Below, one piece after another: positions 14,501-25,949 of a stretch of 64,000 nucleotides of DNA. Below the pieces are notes generated by a model. The model was not told the origin of the DNA. It was given only the letters and a program-made list of their open reading frames with translations, and ran no database searches. Source of the DNA: Sphaerodactylus townsendi. Its lineage: Eukaryota. Location: NCBI RefSeq assembly GCF_021028975.2, contig NC_059427.1, forward strand, positions 121,582,001 to 121,646,000. Reading direction: 5' to 3'. How positions within the stretch are numbered: position 1 is the stretch's first letter; every line of letters begins with the position of its first letter. Position numbers and translations under genes: made by a program.

Positions 14501-17500
14501 AATGTGTTGACTGCCCAAATCCAACAACAGCTTTGATCTAGAATGCAATTTGCCTGAGAGATGCCAAGGATGTACAGTTCTAATAAATTTCTAATACAGT
14601 ACTAATAATTGCAACATAAAAACGAATCGCCAATTACTGATGGCATAAAAATCAAACTCTCATGGAACAGAGCATTTCAGTTTACAAACACAGACTACAC
14701 TGCATCTACAGAAAACAGCAGTCAATGGCAGCTTCCAACAACACCAGAAATGTAGGTTTTGTGTGACACTGGCCTTTTATTTCTATGAGCAGAAAAAAAT
14801 ATTTTCTCACCCTCTTCCTTTCCTCATCCTACCACCCTCTAGAGCTGGAAGTCTCAGCCAACAAAGAAAGTTCTCACTTTCGTAGGGGCATGATGGATTA
14901 AAACTTGGGTCAGGGATTTTTGAGCTGTACCCTTATAGAATCAACTGAGACTTTACCTTATAGGCCCGTGGTGGCGAACCTTTGGCACTCCAGATGTTAT
15001 GGACTACAATTCCCATCAGCCCCTGCCAGCATGGCCAATGGGCCATGCTGGCAAGGGCTGATGGGAACTGTAGTCCATAACATCTGGAGTGCCAAAGGTT
15101 CGCCACCACTGTGGGCTATGTATATAGACCATACAAATGTTTAAAGTTGCTTTTCAAGTGTATCTGATCTGGTTTTCATTGTATTATTTGGAGGACACAA
15201 GGTCTTCACGGTGCACCGAGGCTTGCCACCATCTTTCAAAGGGTGTTGCACAGCACACAGCAGGCACATCACAGGGAGGAATGGAGATTCCACAGGCTGC
15301 TAAATGTTGAGACCTGCTTCTCTTAAGCTTATGAACAACCTGAGCATAAGGATTAGTTCAATGATTTCATTCAGTGAACACATTCATGTGAAATAGACTT
15401 TACTGTGTTCTGCGCCCTCTCGTGAAGTGCATCAGGGCAGGTGGGTAATTCTGAAGCAGTGAGTACACTGGCTTGATTTCTGCTATCCAGAGTGGCCAGG
15501 CAGCATTTGCGCAGGTTTCTTCCCAGACACAGATTTCCAGAATCAATGCTGGAAACTCACCCTATGTGGGTGGCTGACCTGAGCTGAACAATACCCCGGG
15601 GGGGGGCGGGGGGGGGGCGGTTACTTACTTTTCCTGAAGAAAGCATTTGCAAATGAGTTCTACAATTTCCTAACCAGGGAGTGTGGGAAGTTGTCATCTG
15701 GTCATACCCTAATAGTGGCAAATGTCTTGGAGAAAAGTCTCAGAGTTCTACAGAGTCCCCTAATGGTGACTAAATGTAATAACAAATACCAATTTGGGAA
15801 AAAATTGAGAATTCCAGTTCATTCAGAGAAAACCTGTTGGCCATGCTGCACAAAACTAAGTCTCAATCCAAAGCCACTTATCTGAGAATAACAGAACGTG
15901 TTAGCGAAAGGGAATTCTGTAAAAGCCTCCCACAGGGATGAGACTGGGCTCACTCCAGAGATCCTCAGCAAGTAGCATGCCCACTGCTGAACGTAAAACC
16001 ACCATCACTGAACAGATGGCGAGCTTCACAGAGGTGATTAGCTGATATGGCTGGGGGGCAGGGACGGGCGGGGGAGATGAAAACGCAGGAAGCAGAGCCT
16101 GGAATCAGGCTTCTCTAACAGAGAACATTGTTGTACGTTCAGAAATCGTATCTCTCCTTACATTAGAAGAATGGCCACAACAGCAGATTAAGTATAGTAC
16201 TTGTAATATTTGCAAAGGTTGCAGTGAAAATATACACCAATATTCATGCTTTACTAGTTTGGCATTTCCCTTCAGGCGGCGGATCCTTCCCTCCTACCCT
16301 AATCTGGGGGTTGGTCGCCCCAGACGGTGACTCTTCCAACTGGCCCGAGGAGCCAAGAAACAACCGCGCCCACAGGGCGCCTGGTGTACACGGCAGCTCT
16401 TGCCCACCCCACCCTTCTCCTAGCAGGTCTCTCTGCCCTCCTTCCCCTGGCTGACCTGAGAGTTTGCACTCTCTCTCCCTCTCTCTCCCTTGCTGCTTCA
16501 AGGGAGAGGAGTTTCTAGGGGTTTGCCTCTCCCCTGTAGCCTCACAGGGAGAGGAGGTTTCCAGCCTGTGTGAAAGGTTCCCACCCTGTTACTTCACAGA
16601 GTTGGGACCAGCCTAAACAGTGCTCTAGGTTCTGGCAGCGGTTCTTGGCTACAGGGTCCTCTTCCCTCCTTTCTACTTCCTACCACTGAGCTGTCCCTTT
16701 CCCTAGCCTTTTCACACCACCACCCACATTCCCTGCTGCTGCGGCAGCTCCTGTCTCTCCCTTTCCCACTTCCTTATATCCCTTCTGCCCTCTCATTTCT
16801 CTCCCTCATCCCAGCTGCTTCCCCAGCCCATCTCCCAAATCTGCCTCAGCTGTGGGTGGGCGAGCCAAGCTGCTTCTCCAGCCCATCTCCCACATCCGCC
16901 CCAGCTGTGGGCGGGCAGGTCCTGCAGGGCCTAAAACTCCTCTCTCCCTTGCCTTCCTCTTTGAACAAGGCCTCTAAGGCCTCCACAGCTGCTGCAAGAG
17001 ACTCCTCTGCAGCCTTACCTGCCCTGCAGTGCCGGCCCGCATGTGACCCAGTGGGGCGAGTCCGGGCGCCACGGCAATCTCTGCGGCTGAGCTCGGATAA
17101 CTAGGCTGCTGTCATTCTTCTTTCCCTGCTCATCAAGGGCATATACTGAGACTGTGGCAGGGCCAGGTGGCAGTGGCACATCAAAGTCGGACTTTGGGGG
17201 CTGGCTAGAGCCAGCTGTTGTGCCATTCTTGCCCTCATGCTGAGGGCCAAGTTGGCATCAGCATGCACATGCCATTCATGCCTCCATCCTGCCCTTGCCA
17301 AGGCCAGACAGCTGACCAGAGATGGGTTTCTTCAAAATAGGCAATCTCCTAGTGCCTGTTGCTGCGGCTGCTGCCCTTCCACCCTCAGCCAGGGTTTCAG
17401 AAAGCACCTGATTTACCAGCCTTCCCTTGCTTGCGGCCTCTAATCTCTAGCTATGTCGTGTTGGGCCCAAGTCCTAATATAAGGCCAGAGAACTGGGGGC

Positions 17501-20500
17501 AATCCCACACAAATGGCCCCCTTGTTTTGGAGAAGAAAATATTCATTAGCGCTGGATACCTGTTCAAATTTCCAGCCATCAGACATAGTAGACACCATCT
17601 GGGTGAGCTCTTCCTCTTGACACTGCAGGACTCTATACACATGCTTGACAGGTCCCTGAAACACAAGAGGCAAAACAGCACACAAGTCATAACCTTGTAG
17701 CTAAGTACTTAAAGTTCCAAATGGTTGTTTTAAAATGAAATGCAGCTATGATTTTGCATCATCAAAATAAACAGCAACATACTGTATTAAAGCTTGTGCA
17801 TATTTAAAAATGCAAAGGTGTCACAGGTACAACCACAAAGGATTAAAAGTTCCATGGGGAAACCTGGAGAACCAGTCCACCATTCTCTCCTGCATTCCTA
17901 ACTGGTTATACTCTCCAAAAGCCAGCAACATGGAATTTCTGATCACAGCACAAATCCCATTTTTCCCTTCTGAACATGGGCACAGCCAGAGAGAGTGGCA
18001 TGTTTAGGTGCCTTAAAATAACACAACTGAGCATAAACTTCATTTAGAATTCATGCTTACATGAATTTCTCTTGGTTGCACATGGCTACATACCTCTTGC
18101 CACCAGAGTTACCGTCTTACCGTTCCTTCCTCTTGAAAGAAAATATACCTTAAATTCTCAATATATTATTAGAAAGCTTGAAAACTAAACATTCACAAAG
18201 GTACATATTTTATTCCTGCAGTATGACTCCAGTCTTCTAACTCTGTAGCAACACTGGAGATTTTGGACACGGTATCATTAAAAAGGAGCTGTGGCACAGA
18301 GAGGTAAGCTGCAGTACTGCAGGCAAAATTCCGCTTACAACCTGAGTTCAATCCTGACAGAAGTCGGTTTCAAGTAGCTGGATCTAAGTTAGCTCAGTCT
18401 TCCATCTTTCCAAGGTCAGTAAAATGACTACTCACCATGCTGGGGGTGAAGTATAGACAACTAAGGAAGGCAATGCCAAATCACCCCACAAACAAAGTCT
18501 GCCCAGTAAATGTTGCAATGTGGCAACATTTGTGACCCTATAGGGTAGTAATGACCCAGTGCTTGCACAGGGAACTATCTTTATCTTGCAAATCTGAATT
18601 CTGAATCAGATTCCAAAAATCCACTCACTTGCTAACAGCCAGTTCTCCTCCCCACCCTGGTGAGTGTCTCTCCCAGCACCCCTACAAAGATCCTTTCGCT
18701 ACACAGAGCGTTTTATGAACTGCTGAGTTCTTGGTGGAAGACAACCTGCAGGGAGAGAAAATGTTCCTCCCCCTTCTTAAGAACATGAAAAGATCCCTGC
18801 TGGATGAGACTAGTGGTCCATCTAGTCCAGGGGTCCCCAAACTTTTTAAACAGGGGGCCAGTTCACTGTCCCTCAGACTGTTGGAGGGCCGGACTAAAAA
18901 AAACTATGAACAAATTCCTATGCACAAATGATTGTAAAATGTTTGATTTCACCTTTCAGCCTTTCTGTCATGGTCTGTTTTTAGAACAGTGACCAAAGTA
19001 TGTCAAGTACAGAGTGGGTTCCAAATATTATTGGGGAGGCTGTGGAATACCTTCCCCTGTAAAAAAAAAAAAACAGAACTTTCCCAATGAAGCATTCCAT
19101 CTAACCCAGGATCAGGTATCTTCCTCCCTAGCAGCGAGCGATTCGCCAGCCTGGCTGATGCCAATGGGAGAGGTGGAACAGAAAGCCTGAGAGCAACACA
19201 TGGAGTAGCCGAGAGGGAAGGGCGGAGAAGGCGTTGCCACATGTAAGGTTTCCAACTCTGGGTCAGAAAATTCATGGAGATTTGGGGGTGCCATCATGTA
19301 ACTGCAATCAACAGCCGTTGGGGCCGGGTTCCTCTCTCCCTTGAGCCACTGCACAATAATACGAATACCGGAGCCATGTACGCCTGTCGCCATACCTGGC
19401 GGGCCGGATAAATGCCTTCAGGGGGCCACATTTGGCCCCCGGGCCGTAGTTTGGGGACCCCTGATCTAGTCCAATAACCTGTTTCAGAAACCAGCAACCA
19501 GTTATTCTGGAGGACGAAAAAAATAGGGCACAAGGGCCGAGCCCTTCCCCTGAAAATGCCTGGTATTTTTGTAGTCCGTAGATAAATTATGGATGCTGTT
19601 TAATCTATGTACACTGCATTTACTTGGTTTTAGTTATTATTTTAATGTTATAGAGCTATATTTATTATATATTTGTAATTTTGTTTTTGCTCTTCCTGTA
19701 CGTTGTGTTTTCCTCTATGTTGTACAGCGCCCAGAGCCCTCCGGGGGTGGGAGGTTTATAAAACGAATAAATAATAATAATTTTTTAAAAATTAGCAGAG
19801 TGAAGAAACAATATTCTCTCTTCTCAGTGGACCTTCCCAGGAGGTGCTCACAATTCCTGGAAAGGCCCACTGCAAAAGAAGAGGAAACCATCCCCCTTCC
19901 CTTCACAGAGACCTTACAATGCAATCCTATTCAGTTACTCCTGTTTGAGATAAATTATTTCAAACAACACCGTGGACTTCTGTAGAAGGTCCTCATCTGT
20001 TCATCCAAATGAACATGCCTCAGGACCCAGGAAAGTAAGGGTTTAGTGGCAAGACATTATGGTTATTAACTTCCCCCTTCTACTGTCTTTTAGCATGCAT
20101 TACTTGAGAAGTTCTGCTTTCATTGTCTCGTATTCGCTCCTTCACAAGTCGTACTAGAGATGCAATGTTGTAAAATTCAGCTTCCTCCAGAACACCTAGG
20201 AATGAGAATAAAACGAGCTGTTATGGAATTATTCCAATCTTCAGAAAGAGGACAGAAAACCAACTCCTAAAATCTCCCACACTCTTGATGTTTTCCTATA
20301 TTCAGATGTATCAAATCTGCAGACCAACTAAGCTGTGGAAATCTCATTTTGTTAGGAACAAATAATGAAGCAAAAGAACACAGTAACAGTACTGAAACCA
20401 GGACTGGTCCCTGGCCTTTCGCAACTTGGGGCAGAGAGTGACCAGAGGCTCCCTCCCCTCCCATATCTACCACTAGGTCTTCCTCCTTGTGGTTCTCTTC

Positions 20501-23500
20501 CTGCCCACCCACCTGAATGATCACCAGACCTGTGCTTCCTCACCTGCTTGCAAACTCACTCACTATCTGCTCTTTTACTGATGATGTGGGACAGAGGTGC
20601 AGATGAAAGAGCTGCTACCATGGCTACCAGAACTGCTGTCACCACTGTGCACCACCTGCATGCCCTTCCCTGGGGGCACTGGGCTGCATATTCACCCAGG
20701 AGTACCAAGCACTCACTGGAGGAGTGCTTGTGAATGGAGGGGGAAGGGTGCATGGGTAAGTGGCAGAGAAACAACTTGGGCAGGAAATTTACTGGCTGGG
20801 TGCCCTGGCAGAGGTCCTCAGAGTATGCTGACACTGCCCCTGCTAGAAACACCTGAAGACATTTCTATTCACAATTTAATATATTCTCACCACAGAAAAC
20901 CAGAACAATAGACTAGGACTCTAGCAGAGAAGTATCCCCCCTTCTGAAGATTTTCCCAGGAAGTTTGCTTTCTCAGACCCTTCTCTAATAGAAAACAAAA
21001 TCAAATATAAAAAAGTCACCAATTGTTGATAGAATGCCTTGGACTAAATCAAAATGTGCCACAGAAATAAATACAAGCTGCTACAAACAACAAAACTGGT
21101 TTTGTACTAATCCTCGGTGGATCTCGTTATGATAAACCACACATTCTGATAATAGAATATGCGGACTGTGGCCTCACTCCAGCGTGAAGATGGAGACACT
21201 AAACTCTGGTGAAATTTGTGTACTTAAACACAATGAATTCTGGCCTACTTCCATCCAAGTCCCTTTGATTATTCATATGCGTAACATAGCAAGAATATCA
21301 AGCACAACAATCCTTCCTGCTTACCTTCTTCTGCTAGCTCCTTATTTATTATGAGTTTTCCATGTCGGAGGTAGTTCAGGATCGGACCAAAATACGTGGG
21401 ATCCCTATCAATGAGATATGCTCCCGTCTCATCCTGTCAAGGATACATCAGCGTCAGATTCTGATGCCACAATGGACAATTCAATGTAACTAGGATATTT
21501 GGCTGTGGGACAAATGGGAATTTGGTTTCCTTCTATAACTCTGTATTCTTTTCAATAAATCAAGTGGGTTCTTTTTGAATGAATGAAATCTATCCTGAAT
21601 CACCCAGCCAAATGGAATGGAGTCCTTAAGTCACAACAATTTCTAGACTAGCCATTTTGACCAGCCCGCTTCTTAAATAAAACTTGGGTCAACTCATTGC
21701 AGAAGTATTTAAGACAGTAACTTAAACTTTTATTAACTGAGACTTAGGATCAATACTAATTGTCATGAAAGTTGTTAGTGAAATTCAATTCAGAATTGTT
21801 TTTAATCAGTTATTACTCATAGTAAACAATAACATCCAAATGCATATTAGTGAAACAATGGATTACCAGTTTCTGGCCTTTATTTGGAAGGCAGGAATAC
21901 CCCATTTTAAGGATTTTAAGCAAATTAGAGACAGACTGGAAATTTTGCTGTGGTTAGAGTGTGAGATTTCTAATGGAATCAGGGAAATGGAATGGATGTG
22001 CATGTGTGTTCCTAAGCTCCTGCAAGCAATCCTGCTTTTAGAATCAGATGACACACTGGTGCAGTTTTAAAAAGTAGGCCACTGCCTTCATAAAGGCATT
22101 CTGCTTAATTACTTAATCTTATTCTTACGCTTGAAATAAACTGATGATGTCTGATTAGAGGCAACATCTTAAAACTCGTGATACTTCAGAGGACACAACT
22201 GTAAATCCTCTGGCATGTAAGACACGAAAGTCCTTGGGAGGCGGTGCAGCAGTGGTTCCATCAACAGTTGCCAGGGGCTTGTGGATTGGACTGCTCATTT
22301 CTGTATGACTTACTTTCTCTAGAACATATGTTGCCTTTTTTCCCTGAGCTAAGCATGTCCACAGTTTTTCAATTAAAATTCCACTGTATAGGATCATATA
22401 ATTGCAGTCACATTTCACAGTATTTCAAAATTATCACTCACGACACTCCTAAAGAAGTTATCCAATTTAGACAGATTTTATTCTGGGACATCGTTTTAAG
22501 TTTTTAAAACAGCACACAAGCTGCCTCAGAATATAGCTTCTGAGTTTTCTTATGGGTTTCCACATTACTCCAAGATTGGTATCTTCATCACTGACCACAG
22601 TTGTGACAAAGTTAGACCTGGCATGCAGAATTTGGTATTAGGTTTGGTGTGCTAACTTTGATAGCACATAACACTGCTTGTGCCCCAAAGACCGGGTTCA
22701 TATTCTGGTACATTTTTCAGTCCTCTTTGCGCCCATTCTTAAGCAGACGTGAATTTAATATTTTTGCATAAGAGAGAGCAGGCAATTGTGGCAAAACATA
22801 ATTGGATATTTTTGGTCAATATTTTCACTAGAAAGGTATGAATTATCATATTATAGTAAATGTCATGATTATAATTACTGGCTCACAGTGATGTGAAAGT
22901 GGTTAACTGACTTGGAGGAAAAGAGAATACTGATCTGATGCCAAAAAGGTTGTGAGTGGGTACTACTAATGCTATTTTCAAGGAAGAACTGTGCTTTGCC
23001 TGTTATGTGGTATGGATACAACAATCCTGTGAATTTTCAAAAAGGAGGCATGCATTTGCATGCAACAAGATGCGTAGTTATGTGTAGACACACACAACTG
23101 ATTAACTTAAAAAATGAAACAAAACATAATTGGACTTTGCAGAACTCTACTTTTTTTTGTAGAATGAGCTGTGGTAGTTGGGAGAGTTCTTTGCTCGTTA
23201 TGTTAGTTTAATATTAATAGCTAACATTCTCCTCTGGTTAGAAAACTGTAGTACATTAATTCCAACAAGAAATTTAATAAACTGTCTAAAAATACTAAAA
23301 AATGAGATAGACAACTGCAAATTTTCTTTTGGGTTTTTGGACACATAATCAAGCTCATGCTCATTTAAACATGTTTACACAATTCCCCAGATAGCTGAAT
23401 ATCTGCATGCTAAGTTACTGGAAATATTTTAATAGTATGATTTCGTGTGAATCCAAATAACTATTATTTTACCTCACCTACCAGGTGGTCAACTACACAC

Positions 23501-24520
23501 CACTTCTTAAGCAGGCTCTGAGTACAATGCATTTCACATCAAATGTGTGGGACACAGAAGAACTATTGGTAAAGGTACACACAGCACTTTCACATATGAC
23601 TCCAGTGTAAGCTACTGAAAGTTTACACAGGCCTACATTTCAGCAGCCTGTTGTGTATGTATGAAGCTCCTCCTGCCCATTTCCTTTTGCTACAACGGAG
23701 GCTCCTACCACAGCCTCAGGTAGCTAGAGAGCTGTATAGAGCTTGTTCTGGCGGGTTTTCCGGGCTGTGTGGCCGTGGTCTGGTGGATTTTGTTCGTAAC
23801 ATTTCACCTGCATCTGTGGCTGGCATCTTCAGAGGTGTATCACAGAGAAACTGTGCGAAACAGACTTTTCTCTGTGATACACCTCTGAAGATGCCAGCCA
23901 CAGATGCAGGCAAAACGTTAGGAACAAAATCCACCAGACCACGGCCACACAGCCCAGAAAACCCACCAGAACCAATTGAATCTGGCCATGAAAGCTTTCG
24001 ACAATACATTGTATAGCTTGCTTGATCTCGCCTTACGTAAACAGATCTACTCCATTACAGCAGCAGAGGCCCTAATACATTCCAACGGACATTTGGCCTC
24101 ACCCTCTTCGGTCTGTCTCCATCAGGAGGCAAAGAAGGAGGAGGGAGCGGAGACGCGTCACGCTTTCATGCCGCGAGTAGGGAGAACGAGGCGGCTGTGC
24201 AGGGCAGGCGCTTCGCCACCGCTCACCTTGTCAGAGCCTAGTTCGGGCCCCTCCTGGCAGCAGAGGCGGCAAAGGAAAGACTTGGGCTCGCGGCAGAGCG
24301 TCTGGCGGGTGCTGACGAAGTAGGTACCTCCCACGTTGAGCCGGACCCACTTCGAGCCTCCGCCGCCTCCCGGCACGGCTTTCTCGGCCGCCGACGGCTC
24401 CGGGCTGCGCGGCGGGCAAGTGGGAGCCCCGGCCGGGCGAGGACTGGGCGGCCCGGTCAGAGGTAGCGGGCTAGGAGTGCGGCCCCGCGGCGGCCCCTCC
24501 CCGGCCGCCAGCTCCGCCAT
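11516..24520 (-). CDS. KCTD2: BTB/POZ domain protein KCTD2 (CUL3 adaptor, KCTD2/5/17 clade), 248 aa
   Basis: Exons 24520-24227, 21433-21325, 20195-20104, 17655-17560, 12449-12324, 11545-11516 (294+109+92+96+126+30=747 nt), all GT-AG and in frame. Motifs [75 protein letters not shown]. Head-to-head with ATP5PD. Confidence 0.96.
11776..11975 (+). mobile_element. tRNA(Ala)-derived SINE (Squam2-like), decayed
   Basis: Head ggggctgtgg...agagcacctgcttgatatgcagaaggtcccagg and tail cagcttcatgtgttc. Confidence 0.6.
12543..13128. mobile_element. CpG-rich non-autonomous DNA transposon (Harbinger-like)
   Basis: Imperfect termini ggccgtttca / tgaaacgcc; CpG-rich body unlike the flanking intron. Confidence 0.45.
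13281..13391. mobile_element. Palindromic MITE
   Basis: tgggccaaaaacagcagtgtgaaaa ... ttttcacaccgctgtttttggccca inverted arms. Confidence 0.6.
14966..15111. mobile_element. Palindromic hAT MITE (URR1-like)
   Basis: Near-perfect hairpin of about 70-bp arms, gtggtggcgaacc...ggttcgccaccac; relatives at 28514-28656 and 52204-52303. Confidence 0.8.
16170..17160 (-). mobile_element. LTR-like insertion in KCTD2 intron 4 (boundaries uncertain)
   Basis: GC-rich, strand-biased block with a minus-strand TATA-like motif (near 16775), AGTAAA (near 16250) and an internal direct repeat of about 55 bp (16812-16920); no clean TSD found. Confidence 0.3.
18284..18587 (+). mobile_element. Sauria SINE (Squam1)
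   Basis: Core ctcagtcttccatctttccaaggtcagtaaaatgactac and RTE-type tail gaaggcaatgccaaa. Confidence 0.7.
18828..19463. mobile_element. Non-autonomous hAT, OposCharlie1/OC1-like, nested in a short CR1 3' fragment
   Basis: 16-bp TIR caggggtccccaaact / agtttggggacccctg; perfect 8-bp TSD atctagtc (18820-18827, 19464-19471). Confidence 0.85.
23745..24008. mobile_element. Penelope-like inverted terminal-repeat relic with hammerhead-ribozyme-like cores
   Basis: Inverted arms of about 105 bp (23745-23972), each with CTGAAGA-stem-(G/A)AAA; tail gaaagctttcgacaataca. Confidence 0.75.
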
Positions 24521-25240
24521 CCTCGACTACGGGCTCTCCCTGGGCGTCAGACAGGCAGGCCCCAACCGCTCTCGCTCAACGGCCGGGATGGAGAGACGGG
24601 AGGTGCACTCGACAGGGCTCGACAGCCATCTCCCTGGCCCCCGCTGACAGGGGAGAGCCGGACTTCCGGGATGAAAAACCACTTCCGGGTCGCCGACCGT
24701 TTTCCTAGACAAAGTTCCGATCTTTCTTTCCTATAACTTGGTTTATCATAATGGACCTCAGAGGAAGCCGATATAGGCAGATGATTTTTAAAGTAAATGT
24801 CTGAAGTAGACGGGAAGTATAATTTTGGAAATAAGAGACAAAAAATCAATATGTTCGTAGAACACCGGAAGAAATCGGAGCATAGAGTCCTGAACTTGAC
24901 TGGCAAGAGAGAACTTCCGGTAAAAACTGAAAATCTTCCATAGCCCCCGAGTTTCTGTGCGTTCACAGTGGTGCCGCTCTAGGCTTAGGCATCTCTATAA
25001 TTGATGCGTTTGGCCTGCTTACTAATAGCGTAAAAATCGTTTGGATCTAATCCTGAAACGCTGATAAGGTGTGGAAGGCGCGATTGTATTTCGGTTCTAT
25101 GATAGCCATGTCTTTTTTATAGAGTGTGGGTTTGTTTTACGTTTATGGTTTTGTGGAGGAGTGCTTCCGGGAACCTTTGTTCTGATTGGTCACTCTCTTG
25201 GACCTTTCCGGAAGAGGCAAGGAGTAAAGGATTGTTGAAG
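24140..25240. promoter_or_regulatory. CpG island and bidirectional KCTD2/ATP5PD promoter
   Basis: High CpG at 24140-24720; ETS/GABP-type (C)CGGAAG motifs near 24662, 24681, 24864, 24913, 25163 and 25208; CCAAT box (ctgattgg) near 25182; no TATA. Confidence 0.8.
25200..25240 (+). other. ATP5PD: Probable non-coding first exon of ATP5PD (second possible donor after 25274)
   Basis: Donor AAG|gtgagt at 25240/25241; second donor TCG|gtgagt at 25274/25275; acceptor at 25940/25941, 9 nt before the ATG. Confidence 0.65.
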
Positions 25241-25949
25241 GTGAGTGAAGAATACCCAGATCTTCTAGTTCTCGGTGAGTAAATCTCTTATGCTGCATTT
25301 CTTCTTCCTTTTTTTAGCGTCTGGGTACTGAGTATTATTTAAAATGAGTGGATCTCACTCCATGGGGTTTCCAGCTATTCTGTCTTGGCACTGACCAGAC
25401 TCCGGTTTTTCTAGTACATTCAAAATGCTGAACTATATACTTCCTTGTCTTTCTGTGGATCACTCTCCTGCATTTTGCTGGCGTTTCGTTATATTGGGTG
25501 ACGGCAGGCATGTTGTGGTCAACTATTGATTTGTCTCTGCCTTTAGTTTTAGGAATAGTGTACTGGCACCATGCAAGGAAGTTAATCATGTCTTTAGTTC
25601 TGCGTGTATTGCCCTTTGAATATGTGTGAACTGTTATAGGAACAATATGATGATGCTTAACACTTTTGACTTAATATTTTGAATGAACAATTTCTTATTT
25701 TATTGGGTAAGCCTTGAAAAGTATATAATACAATTCTAAACTTTACAATTACACCATAAATAGGCCTACTTGAAGTGAATGTTACGTAGTTCATGAGGTT
25801 TATGGTAGATTTAGTTTAATCTATTTTTAAGGGTTGGGATACTTTTTTGAATTTTGCAGGATGTAAAATTATTGTGGCACAAACTACTGTAGCCTTGCTC
25901 TCCCTATTGCACAGTTTACTTTCTTCTCCTGATTTTGTAGATTGCAGCA

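Noticed and set aside
23651-24016. Mirror-image ORFs on both strands
   Set aside because: Artefact of the Penelope inverted repeat.
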